From: Christensenellaceae bacterium
GTDB taxonomy: Bacteria > Bacillota > Clostridia > Christensenellales > Borkfalkiaceae
Direction of reading: 5' to 3'
Length of the DNA: 34,623 nt
Assembly: GCA_045653965.1 (NCBI GenBank)
Contig: JAZOMM010000065.1
Coordinates: 1 to 34,623 of the forward strand
Position numbers and translations under genes: made by a program. The stretch's first letter is position 1, and each line of letters begins with the position of its first letter. Positions 9,223-17,548 of the stretch are shown piece by piece. The notes below the pieces were generated by a model. It did no database searches and was not told the origin of the DNA. It was given only the letters and a program-made list of their open reading frames with translations.

Positions 9223-10368
9223 ATGTTGAATTTACAAGAGAAAATATTGGGTGATTTTGATTTTTATACCCGACTTCCAAATGAAGATGAGAAAAAGTTT
9301 TATGGAATATTTATTTCGCACTCTAATTTTGACCAAAGCGAAAAGGATTTGCTAAATTATGTGCAAAACGAAATGGTTAGTAAGGGGCTTTATGTTTTAT
9401 GCGATAAAGACTTTATTAGAGGTGGAGACGATTATCAAAATAGGATTGAAAACGCCTTAGATTGTTATGCAGCCGTAGTTATTTTAACAAAAAACTCAAT
9501 TAAATCTGATTGGGTTAATTACGAAATGGGTTATCTTAGGGGAAAAGGCAAAACTATTTATGTTTGGGATACGGAAAATTTATTTTTAAAAGAAAACAGA
9601 GAGAAAAATCCTTCGCTAAATCTTCTATATTACACTCATTATAAAAAATATGGAAATATTTATAACAAGATAGATGATATTATAGAAGAAATTTCTAAAC
9701 ACTCTCAGTATTCGCAAATGTTCAGTAACGAATCGGCATTTTTAACTAGAGCAGAATTTAATCAAAGGCTTAATGAAAATGCAGTTTCAGTTATAGCAAC
9801 TTTGTCAAGTTCAATTTTCGATAAACATTACAACTTGTTTAAGGATTGTAAATTTGGGCTATTAACTATGAATTTTGGTATGTTTTATAGTGGGCATGGT
9901 GATGGATGTCAATGCTACAGTAAAAGAAACAGTCCAATAGAAAACAAAACTTGCCCTATTAGTCAAAGTGAGTGTGCTTTGGTGCAAAAGACAGAAGTAA
10001 CCGATGTAAATAAGGAGTGTGTTTTATTAAATAGTTTAGTTTATAGTGGGGTATTAAAAAAGGCTGGAACACTTGATAGGCTTGGAAATGTTATAGAGTG
10101 TGGTGCGATAGAATATAATCTTCCTGTTCATAAAATATATGGCACCGAATTTAAGTTTATAATAGATGTTCCTAACGATGACTATTTTATTAGAATGCTT
10201 AATATATTAAACGAAGCAGGCATGAATGCAACTAAGTCAATTTCAAACATTGAAAATAGAATTTATTTATCTTTGCCTGAAAGAAGAGGTCAAGGACTTT
10301 ATAGATTAGACCATGAATTCTCAAATAATTTTATATGTCCTTATGCAATAAGAAAAAAATTTAGATAG
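9223..10368 (+). CDS. TIR-domain protein with about 260-aa C-terminal domain of unknown function
   Basis: The N-terminus YGIFISHSNFDQ..LYVLCDKDFIRGGDDYQNRIENALDCYAAVVILTKNSIKSDWVNYEMGY follows the bacterial TIR pattern (FISH/S start, G..I...I, hydrophobic strand, S.W...E). The putative catalytic Glu101 is codon 9523-9525. The C-terminal part has a Cys cluster (GCQC...C...C). Confidence 0.75.
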   Translation: MLNLQEKILGDFDFYTRLPNEDEKKFYGIFISHSNFDQSEKDLLNYVQNEMVSKGLYVLCDKDFIRGGDDYQNRIENALDCYAAVVILTKNSIKSDWVNYEMGYLRGKGKTIYVWDTENLFLKENREKNPSLNLLYYTHYKKYGNIYNKIDDIIEEISKHSQYSQMFSNESAFLTRAEFNQRLNENAVSVIATLSSSIFDKHYNLFKDCKFGLLTMNFGMFYSGHGDGCQCYSKRNSPIENKTCPISQSECALVQKTEVTDVNKECVLLNSLVYSGVLKKAGTLDRLGNVIECGAIEYNLPVHKIYGTEFKFIIDVPNDDYFIRMLNILNEAGMNATKSISNIENRIYLSLPERRGQGLYRLDHEFSNNFICPYAIRKKFR

Positions 10369-10378
10369 GAGTCTAACT

Positions 10379-12166
10379 ATGTGGGAAATTTGCCTTAATT
10401 TGTCAATATCTATTGCTTTAATAGTTTTAATGTTGATAGCCGTGCTTAGTTTTACCAAAATTGCTGCTAAGAAAGGTTTTAATTTAAATTATCTATTTAT
10501 AATTGGCTTTTTTATAGTTGGATTTATTCTTTTCTTGCCAATTTTCAATTTTGATAAAAAAGACGATAGTTTATCAATTTTTCAAACTATAGTATTATCT
10601 TGCATGAATGCATTAAAACTTTTTGTTTCTGGCTGTGAATATGGTGATATATCTGGAATTATTAGTTTAGCACCACAAAATATTGCTTTTATTTATCAGG
10701 TTTGGTTTTTATTGCTTTTTATTTTTACTCCTATTTACACTATAGGATTTATACTTTCCTTTTTTAAGAATATTAGGGCAAGAATACAATATTTGGCAAA
10801 TTGGAATAAAGATGTTTATATTTTTTCATCATTAAACGAAAAGTCGTTTAACCTAGCAAAAGATATAAAAGCAAACAATAAAAAAGCATTAGTTGTTTTC
10901 GTGGGGATTAACGGCAAAGAAGAAAAACAAAATCCATATATTTTTGAATTGCAGGCAATAGGCTGTATTTTCTTTTATAAAAACTTATTTTCTATTGGTT
11001 TTTCAAAGCATTCTCAAAAAAGAAACATCACTTTCTTTACTATAGATAATGATGAAAACAAAAACCTAAAAGAAGGCTTGAAAATAATTGATAATTATAA
11101 AGATAGAGAAAATGTTAATCTTTACATTTTTTCAACACAAATTGACAGCGCGTTACTTCTTGCAAGTGCGAATAAAGGTAAAATTAATGTTAGAAGAATA
11201 AACGAAGTTCAGTCTTTAATAAGTAGCCATATTTATGAAAATGGTAATATTTTGTTTAAAAATGCAATTGAAAATAAGGGCGGAGACAAAGAGATTTCGG
11301 CGTTAATAGTTGGGCTTGGTAAATATGGAACAGAAATGCTTAAAACATTATCGTGGTATTGTCAAATGGATGGATATCATGTAACTATTAATGCATTTGA
11401 TAAGGATAAAAAGGCATTAGAGAAGTTAAAAGGTGTTGCACCAGAACTTTTAAGTGAAAAATTTAATGGAGCAAAAATTGATGGGGAGGCACAATATAAA
11501 ATAAATGTATATTCTGGCATTGATGTCAAGGAATATACTTTTAACGATATAATCGAAAAAATTAAAGATGTTTCTTATGTTTTTGTTTGTTTAGGTGAAG
11601 ATAATTTAAATATAGAAACTGCCATAGAATTAAGAAGTTTATTCGAAAGAATTCATGTTCACCCAATTATTCAAACTATAGTTAATAACACGTTGCAGAA
11701 GAAATCGCTACAAAACTTAAAAAATTATAGTGGTCAAGATTACGATATAGATTATATTGGTGATATAGAATCCATTTACTGCCAAAAAGTTATAATCAAT
11801 TCCGAACTTGAACAAAAAGCCTTAAAGCAACATTTAAAATGGGGAAAAGAAGAAGAGTTTTGGAATTATGAATATAATTATCGCTCATCATTAGCCACAA
11901 CAATGCACCTAAAAGCAAGGATTTTGTGCGGAATAAAAGGTGCAAATAAAAAGACTAATCAATTATCTGGCGAAGAAAAAGTTATAATTGAAAAACTTGA
12001 GCATAGAAGATGGAACGCCTATATGCGAAGCGAAGGCTATATTTATAGTGGAAGTTTAGATGAAAAAAGCAGAAATAATTTAGCCAAAACACACCATAAT
12101 TTAGTGCCTTATGATTTGCTAAGCAAGGAAGATAAGAAAAAAGACAGTGATATAGGAACTGTGTAA
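10379..12166 (+). CDS. multi-pass membrane protein with cytoplasmic Rossmann-like (GxGxxG) domains and C-terminal RyR-repeat-like motif
   Basis: The first roughly 135 aa contain about 4-5 TM helices. IVGLGKYG (about nt 11309-11329), followed by ...HVTINAFDKD, fits a dinucleotide-binding beta-alpha-beta fold. The C-terminus LEHRRWNAYMRSEGYIYSG...KTHHNLVPYDLLSKEDKKKD matches the RyR-domain pattern H.RW......GW.YG....K.HP.LVPY..L.E.EK..D. An AGGAG RBS overlaps the upstream stop. Confidence 0.65.
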   Translation: MWEICLNLSISIALIVLMLIAVLSFTKIAAKKGFNLNYLFIIGFFIVGFILFLPIFNFDKKDDSLSIFQTIVLSCMNALKLFVSGCEYGDISGIISLAPQNIAFIYQVWFLLLFIFTPIYTIGFILSFFKNIRARIQYLANWNKDVYIFSSLNEKSFNLAKDIKANNKKALVVFVGINGKEEKQNPYIFELQAIGCIFFYKNLFSIGFSKHSQKRNITFFTIDNDENKNLKEGLKIIDNYKDRENVNLYIFSTQIDSALLLASANKGKINVRRINEVQSLISSHIYENGNILFKNAIENKGGDKEISALIVGLGKYGTEMLKTLSWYCQMDGYHVTINAFDKDKKALEKLKGVAPELLSEKFNGAKIDGEAQYKINVYSGIDVKEYTFNDIIEKIKDVSYVFVCLGEDNLNIETAIELRSLFERIHVHPIIQTIVNNTLQKKSLQNLKNYSGQDYDIDYIGDIESIYCQKVIINSELEQKALKQHLKWGKEEEFWNYEYNYRSSLATTMHLKARILCGIKGANKKTNQLSGEEKVIIEKLEHRRWNAYMRSEGYIYSGSLDEKSRNNLAKTHHNLVPYDLLSKEDKKKDSDIGTV

Positions 12167-12192
12167 AAGAGAGTTTATAAATAAAATGTATT

Positions 12193-12250
12193 GCCCGAAT
12201 GTAAAAATTCGGGCTTTTTTATTGTGTTTTTGCCAAAAATATTGTATAAT
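12193..12250 (+). repeat. 58-nt terminator+promoter module, copy 2 (right boundary of three-gene cassette)
   Basis: The same hairpin gcccgaat-gtaaaa-attcgggc plus TTTTTT is present, then TTGTGT-17nt-TATAAT. 52/58 nt are identical to 7976-8033. Confidence 0.85.
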
Positions 12251-12279
12251 GATTATAAATACAATTTGGAGTTGTGGAA

Positions 12280-12684
12280 GTGTTTAAACTTGGCGAAATT
12301 ATGGATAAAAACAAGGCTAAAAACCTTAATCCAATAGTGCTTGCATTTGTTGGAGATGCAGTATATTCATTGTTCGTTAGGGAAAGATTAACTTTTACAT
12401 CGGACTCGAAAACGGGTGAACTTAACGCTAAGGCAACAGCTGAAGTTAATGCCGTTGCTCAGGCTGAGTTCTTGAAAAATATTATGCCACTTTTAGATGA
12501 AGATGAACTCTCAATTTTTAAGCGTGCAAGAAATGCAAAAAAGCCAACAAAAGCCAAGCACGCATCGGTTGCTGAATACAATATTGCAACAGGTTTTGAG
12601 GCAATACTTGGCTATCTATATTTGATAGGTCAAAACGATAGATTAAATTTTTTATTAAACGAAGGTAAATTAAATGAAGGTTGA
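12280..12684 (+). CDS. mrnC: mini-ribonuclease III
   Basis: LAFVGDAVYSLFVRERL and the GFEAILGYLYL RNase III-like signature are present. The start is ambiguous. The track gives GTG 12274, GTG 12280 has GGAG 8 nt upstream, and ATG 12301 is also possible. Confidence 0.85.
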   Translation: MFKLGEIMDKNKAKNLNPIVLAFVGDAVYSLFVRERLTFTSDSKTGELNAKATAEVNAVAQAEFLKNIMPLLDEDELSIFKRARNAKKPTKAKHASVAEYNIATGFEAILGYLYLIGQNDRLNFLLNEGKLNEG

Positions 12685-13405
12685 AGGTAGAAATTCGGTT
12701 TACGAATTATTAAAAACAGAAAAAGAAATTGATAAAATTTTAGTTCAAAAGGACTTAAAAGATGAGCCAAGTAAAAGGTTAGTTAATGTTATTCGCTCGC
12801 ATAAAGTTAAGGTTCAACTTGTGGATAAATATGTAATTGAAAAGGAAAGCGAAAGCAAGCGCCATCAAGGTTTTATTGCTTATGTTTCAGATTATAAATA
12901 TTTTGACATAGATGATATCATTGACAGTTGTACAGAAGAAAATGCATTAGTTGTTATTTTAAACGAAATTCATGACCCACACAATTTGGGTAGTATTATA
13001 AGGGTGTTAGAGTGTGCAGGTGCGCAAGGCTTAATTATTGGCAAGGATAGAAGTGCTTCTGTTAGCGACACGGTTATGCGTATATCAGCCGGTGCTCTTA
13101 ATCACCTAAAAGTTGCAAAAGTTACAAATATAAATAGTGCAATAGACACACTCAAAGATTATGGTTTTTGGGTATATGGTGCAGAACTTGGTGGTGAAAG
13201 CATTTATAAAGCAAACCTTACAGGTAAAATTTGCCTAGTTATCGGTGGTGAAGATAGTGGGGTTAAAAGATTAACAAAAGAAAAGTGCGATGGTATTGTT
13301 TCAATTCCAATGTATGGAAAAGTTAATTCTTTGAACGCATCAGTTGCTTGTGGCATTTCAGTTTATGAAGTGATTAGACAAAGATTGGAAAAGGGAAATG
13401 AATAA
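12674..13405 (+). CDS. rlmB: 23S rRNA (guanosine-2'-O)-methyltransferase RlmB (SpoU/TrmH family)
   Basis: SpoU motifs are present (HDPHNLGSIIR, LVIGGEDSGV, IPMYGKVNSLNASVA). The position after mrnC matches the B. subtilis mrnC-rlmB-(yacP)-sigH arrangement. Confidence 0.85.
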   Translation: MKVEGRNSVYELLKTEKEIDKILVQKDLKDEPSKRLVNVIRSHKVKVQLVDKYVIEKESESKRHQGFIAYVSDYKYFDIDDIIDSCTEENALVVILNEIHDPHNLGSIIRVLECAGAQGLIIGKDRSASVSDTVMRISAGALNHLKVAKVTNINSAIDTLKDYGFWVYGAELGGESIYKANLTGKICLVIGGEDSGVKRLTKEKCDGIVSIPMYGKVNSLNASVACGISVYEVIRQRLEKGNE

Positions 13406-14006
13406 AATAGAAGTAAAACAATTAAGTGACGAAGAATTAGTTGTTCTTGCTGAGGCTAAAGATGAAAAAGCAATTGATGAACTTTTTAATAGATATAAAT
13501 ATATTGCTTCAGCCGTTGCTCACTCATACTTTCTAAATGGTGGCGATTCTGAAGATTTATTGCAAGAAGGTTTATTTGCAGTGTTTAAGGCAATAACATC
13601 TTTTAATGCGAAATTAAGTTTTAAGACTTATGTTTACACTTGTGTTAAAAATAGAATATTTAATGTTATAAAAAGTTCAAATAGATACAAAAATCAGCCA
13701 CTTAACAATTATATATCTTTGTCGGGTACCTTTGACAATGAAGGCGACACTGATAAGACTGAAATAATAGTTGATAAACATTTTGGGCCAGAAGAAATTT
13801 ACATAAACGCAGAAGCCGAAAACGAACTTAAAGATATAATTAACAGCGTTTTAAGTAAGTTTGAGCATGAGATTTTAGTTTACTATTTAAAAGGCTATTC
13901 ATATAGAGAAATTAGCGAAAAGATAGGGAAAAAAGAAAAGTCAATTGATAACGCAATTCAGCGAATAAGAAAGAAGATAATTTTGGCATTAAACAGTAAA
14001 GGATAG
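13398..14006 (+). CDS. sigH: RNA polymerase sigma factor SigH
   Basis: It has sigma-70 region 2 (DLLQEGLFAVFKAI) and a region 4 HTH (YSYREISEKIGKKEKSIDNAIQRIRKKI) that closely resemble B. subtilis SigH. Synteny agrees. Confidence 0.8.
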   Translation: MNKIEVKQLSDEELVVLAEAKDEKAIDELFNRYKYIASAVAHSYFLNGGDSEDLLQEGLFAVFKAITSFNAKLSFKTYVYTCVKNRIFNVIKSSNRYKNQPLNNYISLSGTFDNEGDTDKTEIIVDKHFGPEEIYINAEAENELKDIINSVLSKFEHEILVYYLKGYSYREISEKIGKKEKSIDNAIQRIRKKIILALNSKG

Positions 14007-14014
14007 GGTAAATT

Positions 14015-15592
14015 ATGGGATATTTAGCACTATATAGAAAGTATAGACCAAATACTTTTGAAGGCTTAATAGGTCAAGAACATGTTGTTAAAACGCTTGT
14101 AAATCAAATTACAAGTGGCAGGCTTGGTCACGCATATTTATTCACAGGCACTCGTGGTACGGGTAAAACTTCTGCTGCTAAAATTTTTGCTAAGGCAATA
14201 AATTGTTTAGATAATAAAAATGGTTCACCTTGTGGCAAGTGTGAAAGTTGTTTGGCTATTTCGGACCCATCAAATATTGACATAATTGAAATTGACGCAG
14301 CATCAAATAATGGTGTAAATGAAATTAGGGAACTAAGAGAAAATGTGCAATTTCCACCTGTTTCATGCAAATATAAAGTATATATCGTAGATGAAGTGCA
14401 TATGCTTACAGGTGCTGCTTTCAATGCACTACTTAAAACACTTGAAGAACCACCAAAACACGCTGTGTTTATTTTAGCAACAACTGAAGTTCATAAAATT
14501 CCTGCAACAATACTATCTCGTTGTATGCGTTTTGACTTTAAGTTGATTTCTGATGAACGAATTGCATCTCTTATTGAAAAAATATATGATGAACAAGGCA
14601 AAAAATATCAAAAAGAAGCAGTGATGGCTATTGCTAAGGCTGGCGAAGGTAGTATTCGTGATGCGCTGTCTATTGCAGATATTGCACTTTCATATAGCGA
14701 AAATACTTTGACTTATGATGATGTAATGAATATTTTAGGTTCATCAAATACACAAATTCTTTACGATTTTATAGAAAGTATAATAAGTGGCAACACGGGT
14801 GCAGTTTTAGAAACTATCAATTTGTTATGTTCACTTGGTAAAAATATAGGCGTTTTAATCAAAGATATTACAACTATAATTAGAGATATAATCGTTGTAA
14901 AAAGTTGTAATAATCCAAACGATATATTATCGCTTCCTTTAGAAAAGTTTCAAACGCTTGAAAATCTTTCTAAAAAGACAACCGAACAAAGATTGCTTAG
15001 GATATTAGAAGTCTTTGCTGAAAGCGAAAACTCTCTTAGATACACAAACCATCCAAGAATTGTATTTGAAACGGCATCTGTTAAGGCTGCAAAGCCACAA
15101 TCTGATTATGATATTGATGCACTTCTTGCAAGAATAACAGAGTTAGAAAAAGGTATTAAAAATTGTGTTGATAAAGAAGTCAAACAAGTCGTAATCGAAA
15201 AGCCTACAGTCGTTGAAAGTGTAAAAATACAAAATAAAGAAGAAGTGAAAGAACAAAAACTTAGCATTTCTTCTATAAGCGAAAGCGATTTGAAGGGAAG
15301 ATTGCTTATTAATTTAAGGAAAATTGGCAGTGAAATGCTTTGGAACTTGATGCAAGGCGTTGAGATAAAAGTTACGGGCAATATTTTAACTATGATAACT
15401 TTTAATAGTGGTGACCACGAACTTTTAGATAGAGCAACAACAAGAGACACAATTGAGCAAGCAATGGAAGAATTTTATCCATTTGAACTTCAAGTAGAAC
15501 TTGATGAAAAGGAAAAAGCACTTGATACTCTTGATGAAGAAGCAAAAAGGCTAAAAAATATTTTTGGCGATGATATAGTAATTATTAATTAA
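14015..15592 (+). CDS. dnaX: DNA polymerase III subunit gamma/tau
   Basis: It has Walker [10 protein letters not shown], a Zn module CGKCESC, a DEVHML box and SRC sensor motifs. Confidence 0.95.
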   Translation: MGYLALYRKYRPNTFEGLIGQEHVVKTLVNQITSGRLGHAYLFTGTRGTGKTSAAKIFAKAINCLDNKNGSPCGKCESCLAISDPSNIDIIEIDAASNNGVNEIRELRENVQFPPVSCKYKVYIVDEVHMLTGAAFNALLKTLEEPPKHAVFILATTEVHKIPATILSRCMRFDFKLISDERIASLIEKIYDEQGKKYQKEAVMAIAKAGEGSIRDALSIADIALSYSENTLTYDDVMNILGSSNTQILYDFIESIISGNTGAVLETINLLCSLGKNIGVLIKDITTIIRDIIVVKSCNNPNDILSLPLEKFQTLENLSKKTTEQRLLRILEVFAESENSLRYTNHPRIVFETASVKAAKPQSDYDIDALLARITELEKGIKNCVDKEVKQVVIEKPTVVESVKIQNKEEVKEQKLSISSISESDLKGRLLINLRKIGSEMLWNLMQGVEIKVTGNILTMITFNSGDHELLDRATTRDTIEQAMEEFYPFELQVELDEKEKALDTLDEEAKRLKNIFGDDIVIIN

Positions 15593-15605
15593 AAGGAGAA
15601 TTAAA

Positions 15606-15935
15606 ATGTATAAAGGTGGATTTGGCGGATTTGGTGGAGGCAACCAAATGCAAAACTTAATGAAACAAGCACAAAAAATGCAAGAACAAATGCAAAAGGC
15701 ACAAGCCGAACTTGAAGAATTAGAAGTTGATGGAAGTGCTGGTGGTGGATTAGTTAGCGTTACAATGACTGCAAAAAAGGTTGTAACAGGCATAAATATT
15801 AAACCTGAAGCAGTTGATATGGATGATTTAGAAATGCTTGAAGACCTTATTATTGCAGCACTTAATGAGGCATACGATAAGGCCGATGAAGTATATTCAG
15901 AAAAAATGGGTGCATTTGGGGGCTTAGGTCTATAA
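15606..15935 (+). CDS. ybaB: nucleoid-associated protein YbaB/EbfC
   Basis: 109 aa with the [19 protein letters not shown] helix. It sits in the conserved dnaX-ybaB-recR position. Confidence 0.9.
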   Translation: MYKGGFGGFGGGNQMQNLMKQAQKMQEQMQKAQAELEELEVDGSAGGGLVSVTMTAKKVVTGINIKPEAVDMDDLEMLEDLIIAALNEAYDKADEVYSEKMGAFGGLGL

Positions 15936-15936
15936 G

Positions 15937-16530
15937 ATGAAAGTTTATATTGAGCCTATAGGAAGGCTTATAAATGAATTTTCTAAATTGCCAGGTGTAG
16001 GCACAAAAACAGCACAGCGTTTTGCTTATAAGGTTGTTAATATGACCGAGAAAGAAGCAAAAGAATTTGCATATGCAATAATAAATGTAAAACAAAACGT
16101 GCATTATTGCAAAATTTGTGGTAATTTTTCTGAGGGTGATGTTTGCGATATTTGTAAAAATCGCCAAGACAAAACTATTTGCGTTGTTAAAGACCCAAAA
16201 GACGTTGTGGCTATTGAAAAATTAAACGAATTTAGTGGTGTGTATCATGTTTTGCACGGCACAATTTCGCCTATTGATGGAATTGGCCCAAACGATATAA
16301 ATATCAAAGGGTTACTTAATCGTGTTGCTAATGGCAACGTTGAAGAAGTTATAATGGCAACAAACCCAGATGTCGAAGGTGAAGCAACGGCAATGTATAT
16401 TTCTGGATTATTAAAGCCACTTGGAATAAATGTTACAAGGCTTGCGCATGGCATACCGATAGGTACTGACCTTGAATATGCAGATGAAGTAAGTTTGGCA
16501 AGGGCATTTGTTGATAGAAAAACTTTATAG
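15937..16530 (+). CDS. recR: recombination protein RecR
   Basis: It has an HhH (LPGVGTKTAQR), a C4 zinc finger (CKICGNFSEGDVCDIC) and a Toprim domain. Confidence 0.95.
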   Translation: MKVYIEPIGRLINEFSKLPGVGTKTAQRFAYKVVNMTEKEAKEFAYAIINVKQNVHYCKICGNFSEGDVCDICKNRQDKTICVVKDPKDVVAIEKLNEFSGVYHVLHGTISPIDGIGPNDINIKGLLNRVANGNVEEVIMATNPDVEGEATAMYISGLLKPLGINVTRLAHGIPIGTDLEYADEVSLARAFVDRKTL

Positions 16531-16538
16531 GTGTGTTT

Positions 16539-17498
16539 ATGAATATTTCGGTTCTAGGTTGTGGGCGTTGGGGCTCTTTTATCGGCTGGTATTTAGTAAA
16601 TAATGGGCATAATGTTGTTCAATGGGGTAGAAGCGATAGTAAGAGTTTTAATGTGCTTAAGGTCACGGGAAAAAATGAATATGTTGAACTTGATAAACGC
16701 ATAAATTTAACAGATGACTTAAAATACGCTGTTGAAAGTAGCGATGTAATTATCATTTCTATTAGTGCGCAAAATCTTCGTTCTTTTATGAAAAATGTAT
16801 TAGAATACGATATTTCAAACAAAAAGTTTGTTTTATGCATGAAAGGTATCGAAGTTGAAACAGGTAAACGTCTTTCTGAAGTTGTTATCGAAAGTGGAGT
16901 AAGCAGTGATAATGTTGCTGTTTGGGTAGGCCCAGGGCATATCCAAGCATTTACACAAGGCTATCCTAATTGTATGGTAATAGATTCTAACAACAAAGAG
17001 TTAGTTAAGTTTTTGGCTGATAATCTTCGTGGCGATTTGATTCGTTTTTATTATGGCGATGACATTATTGGCAGTGAAATAGGTGCTGCTGCAAAAAATG
17101 TTATGGGCATTGCTGCAGGTATGCTTGATGGTGGTGGTTATACCACTCTTAAAGGTCCACTAATGGCTCGTGGGGCAAGAGAAGTTGCAAGACTTATAAA
17201 AGCAATGGGTGGAAACGAACTTTCTGCTTATGGACTATGCCATTTGGGCGATTATGAGACAACACTCTTTTCGCCATATTCAAATAATAGAAATTTTGGT
17301 GAAAAATACGTTAAAGGCCAAGAGTTTTCTAAACTTGCAGAAGGTGTTAGCACTGCAAAAGCAATGCGAGAACTTGGCATTATGTATAATGTGGATTTGC
17401 CTATCACAAATGCAGTTTATTCTATTCTTTACGAAAATAAAGAGCCGTTAAACGAATTTATTAAGTTGTTTTCTCGTAGCACAAGAAAAGAATTTTAA
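16539..17498 (+). CDS. gpsA: NAD(P)H-dependent glycerol-3-phosphate dehydrogenase
   Basis: It has N-terminal GCGRWGS Rossmann and GAAAKNVMGIAAG motifs. ATG 16539 (AGGTG RBS 5 nt upstream) is preferred over the track GTG 16533. Confidence 0.9.
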   Translation: MNISVLGCGRWGSFIGWYLVNNGHNVVQWGRSDSKSFNVLKVTGKNEYVELDKRINLTDDLKYAVESSDVIIISISAQNLRSFMKNVLEYDISNKKFVLCMKGIEVETGKRLSEVVIESGVSSDNVAVWVGPGHIQAFTQGYPNCMVIDSNNKELVKFLADNLRGDLIRFYYGDDIIGSEIGAAAKNVMGIAAGMLDGGGYTTLKGPLMARGAREVARLIKAMGGNELSAYGLCHLGDYETTLFSPYSNNRNFGEKYVKGQEFSKLAEGVSTAKAMRELGIMYNVDLPITNAVYSILYENKEPLNEFIKLFSRSTRKEF

Positions 17499-17516
17499 CT
17501 ATTAATATAATAATAT

Positions 17517-17547
17517 ATAAAAAAGACGCATTTTTGCGTCTTTTTTC
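17517..17547. terminator. bidirectional rho-independent terminator between convergent gpsA and the WYL regulator gene
   Basis: aaaagacgca-tttt-tgcgtctttt has an A-run on the left and a T-run on the right. Confidence 0.8.
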
Positions 17548-17548
17548 T

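Noticed and set aside
15551-15793. An 80-aa minus-strand ORF with Pro-rich repeats across the dnaX/ybaB junction.
   Set aside because: It is the reverse complement of the Gly-rich N-terminus (GGFGGFGGG) and Gln/Lys-rich helix of YbaB, so it is a mirror artefact.
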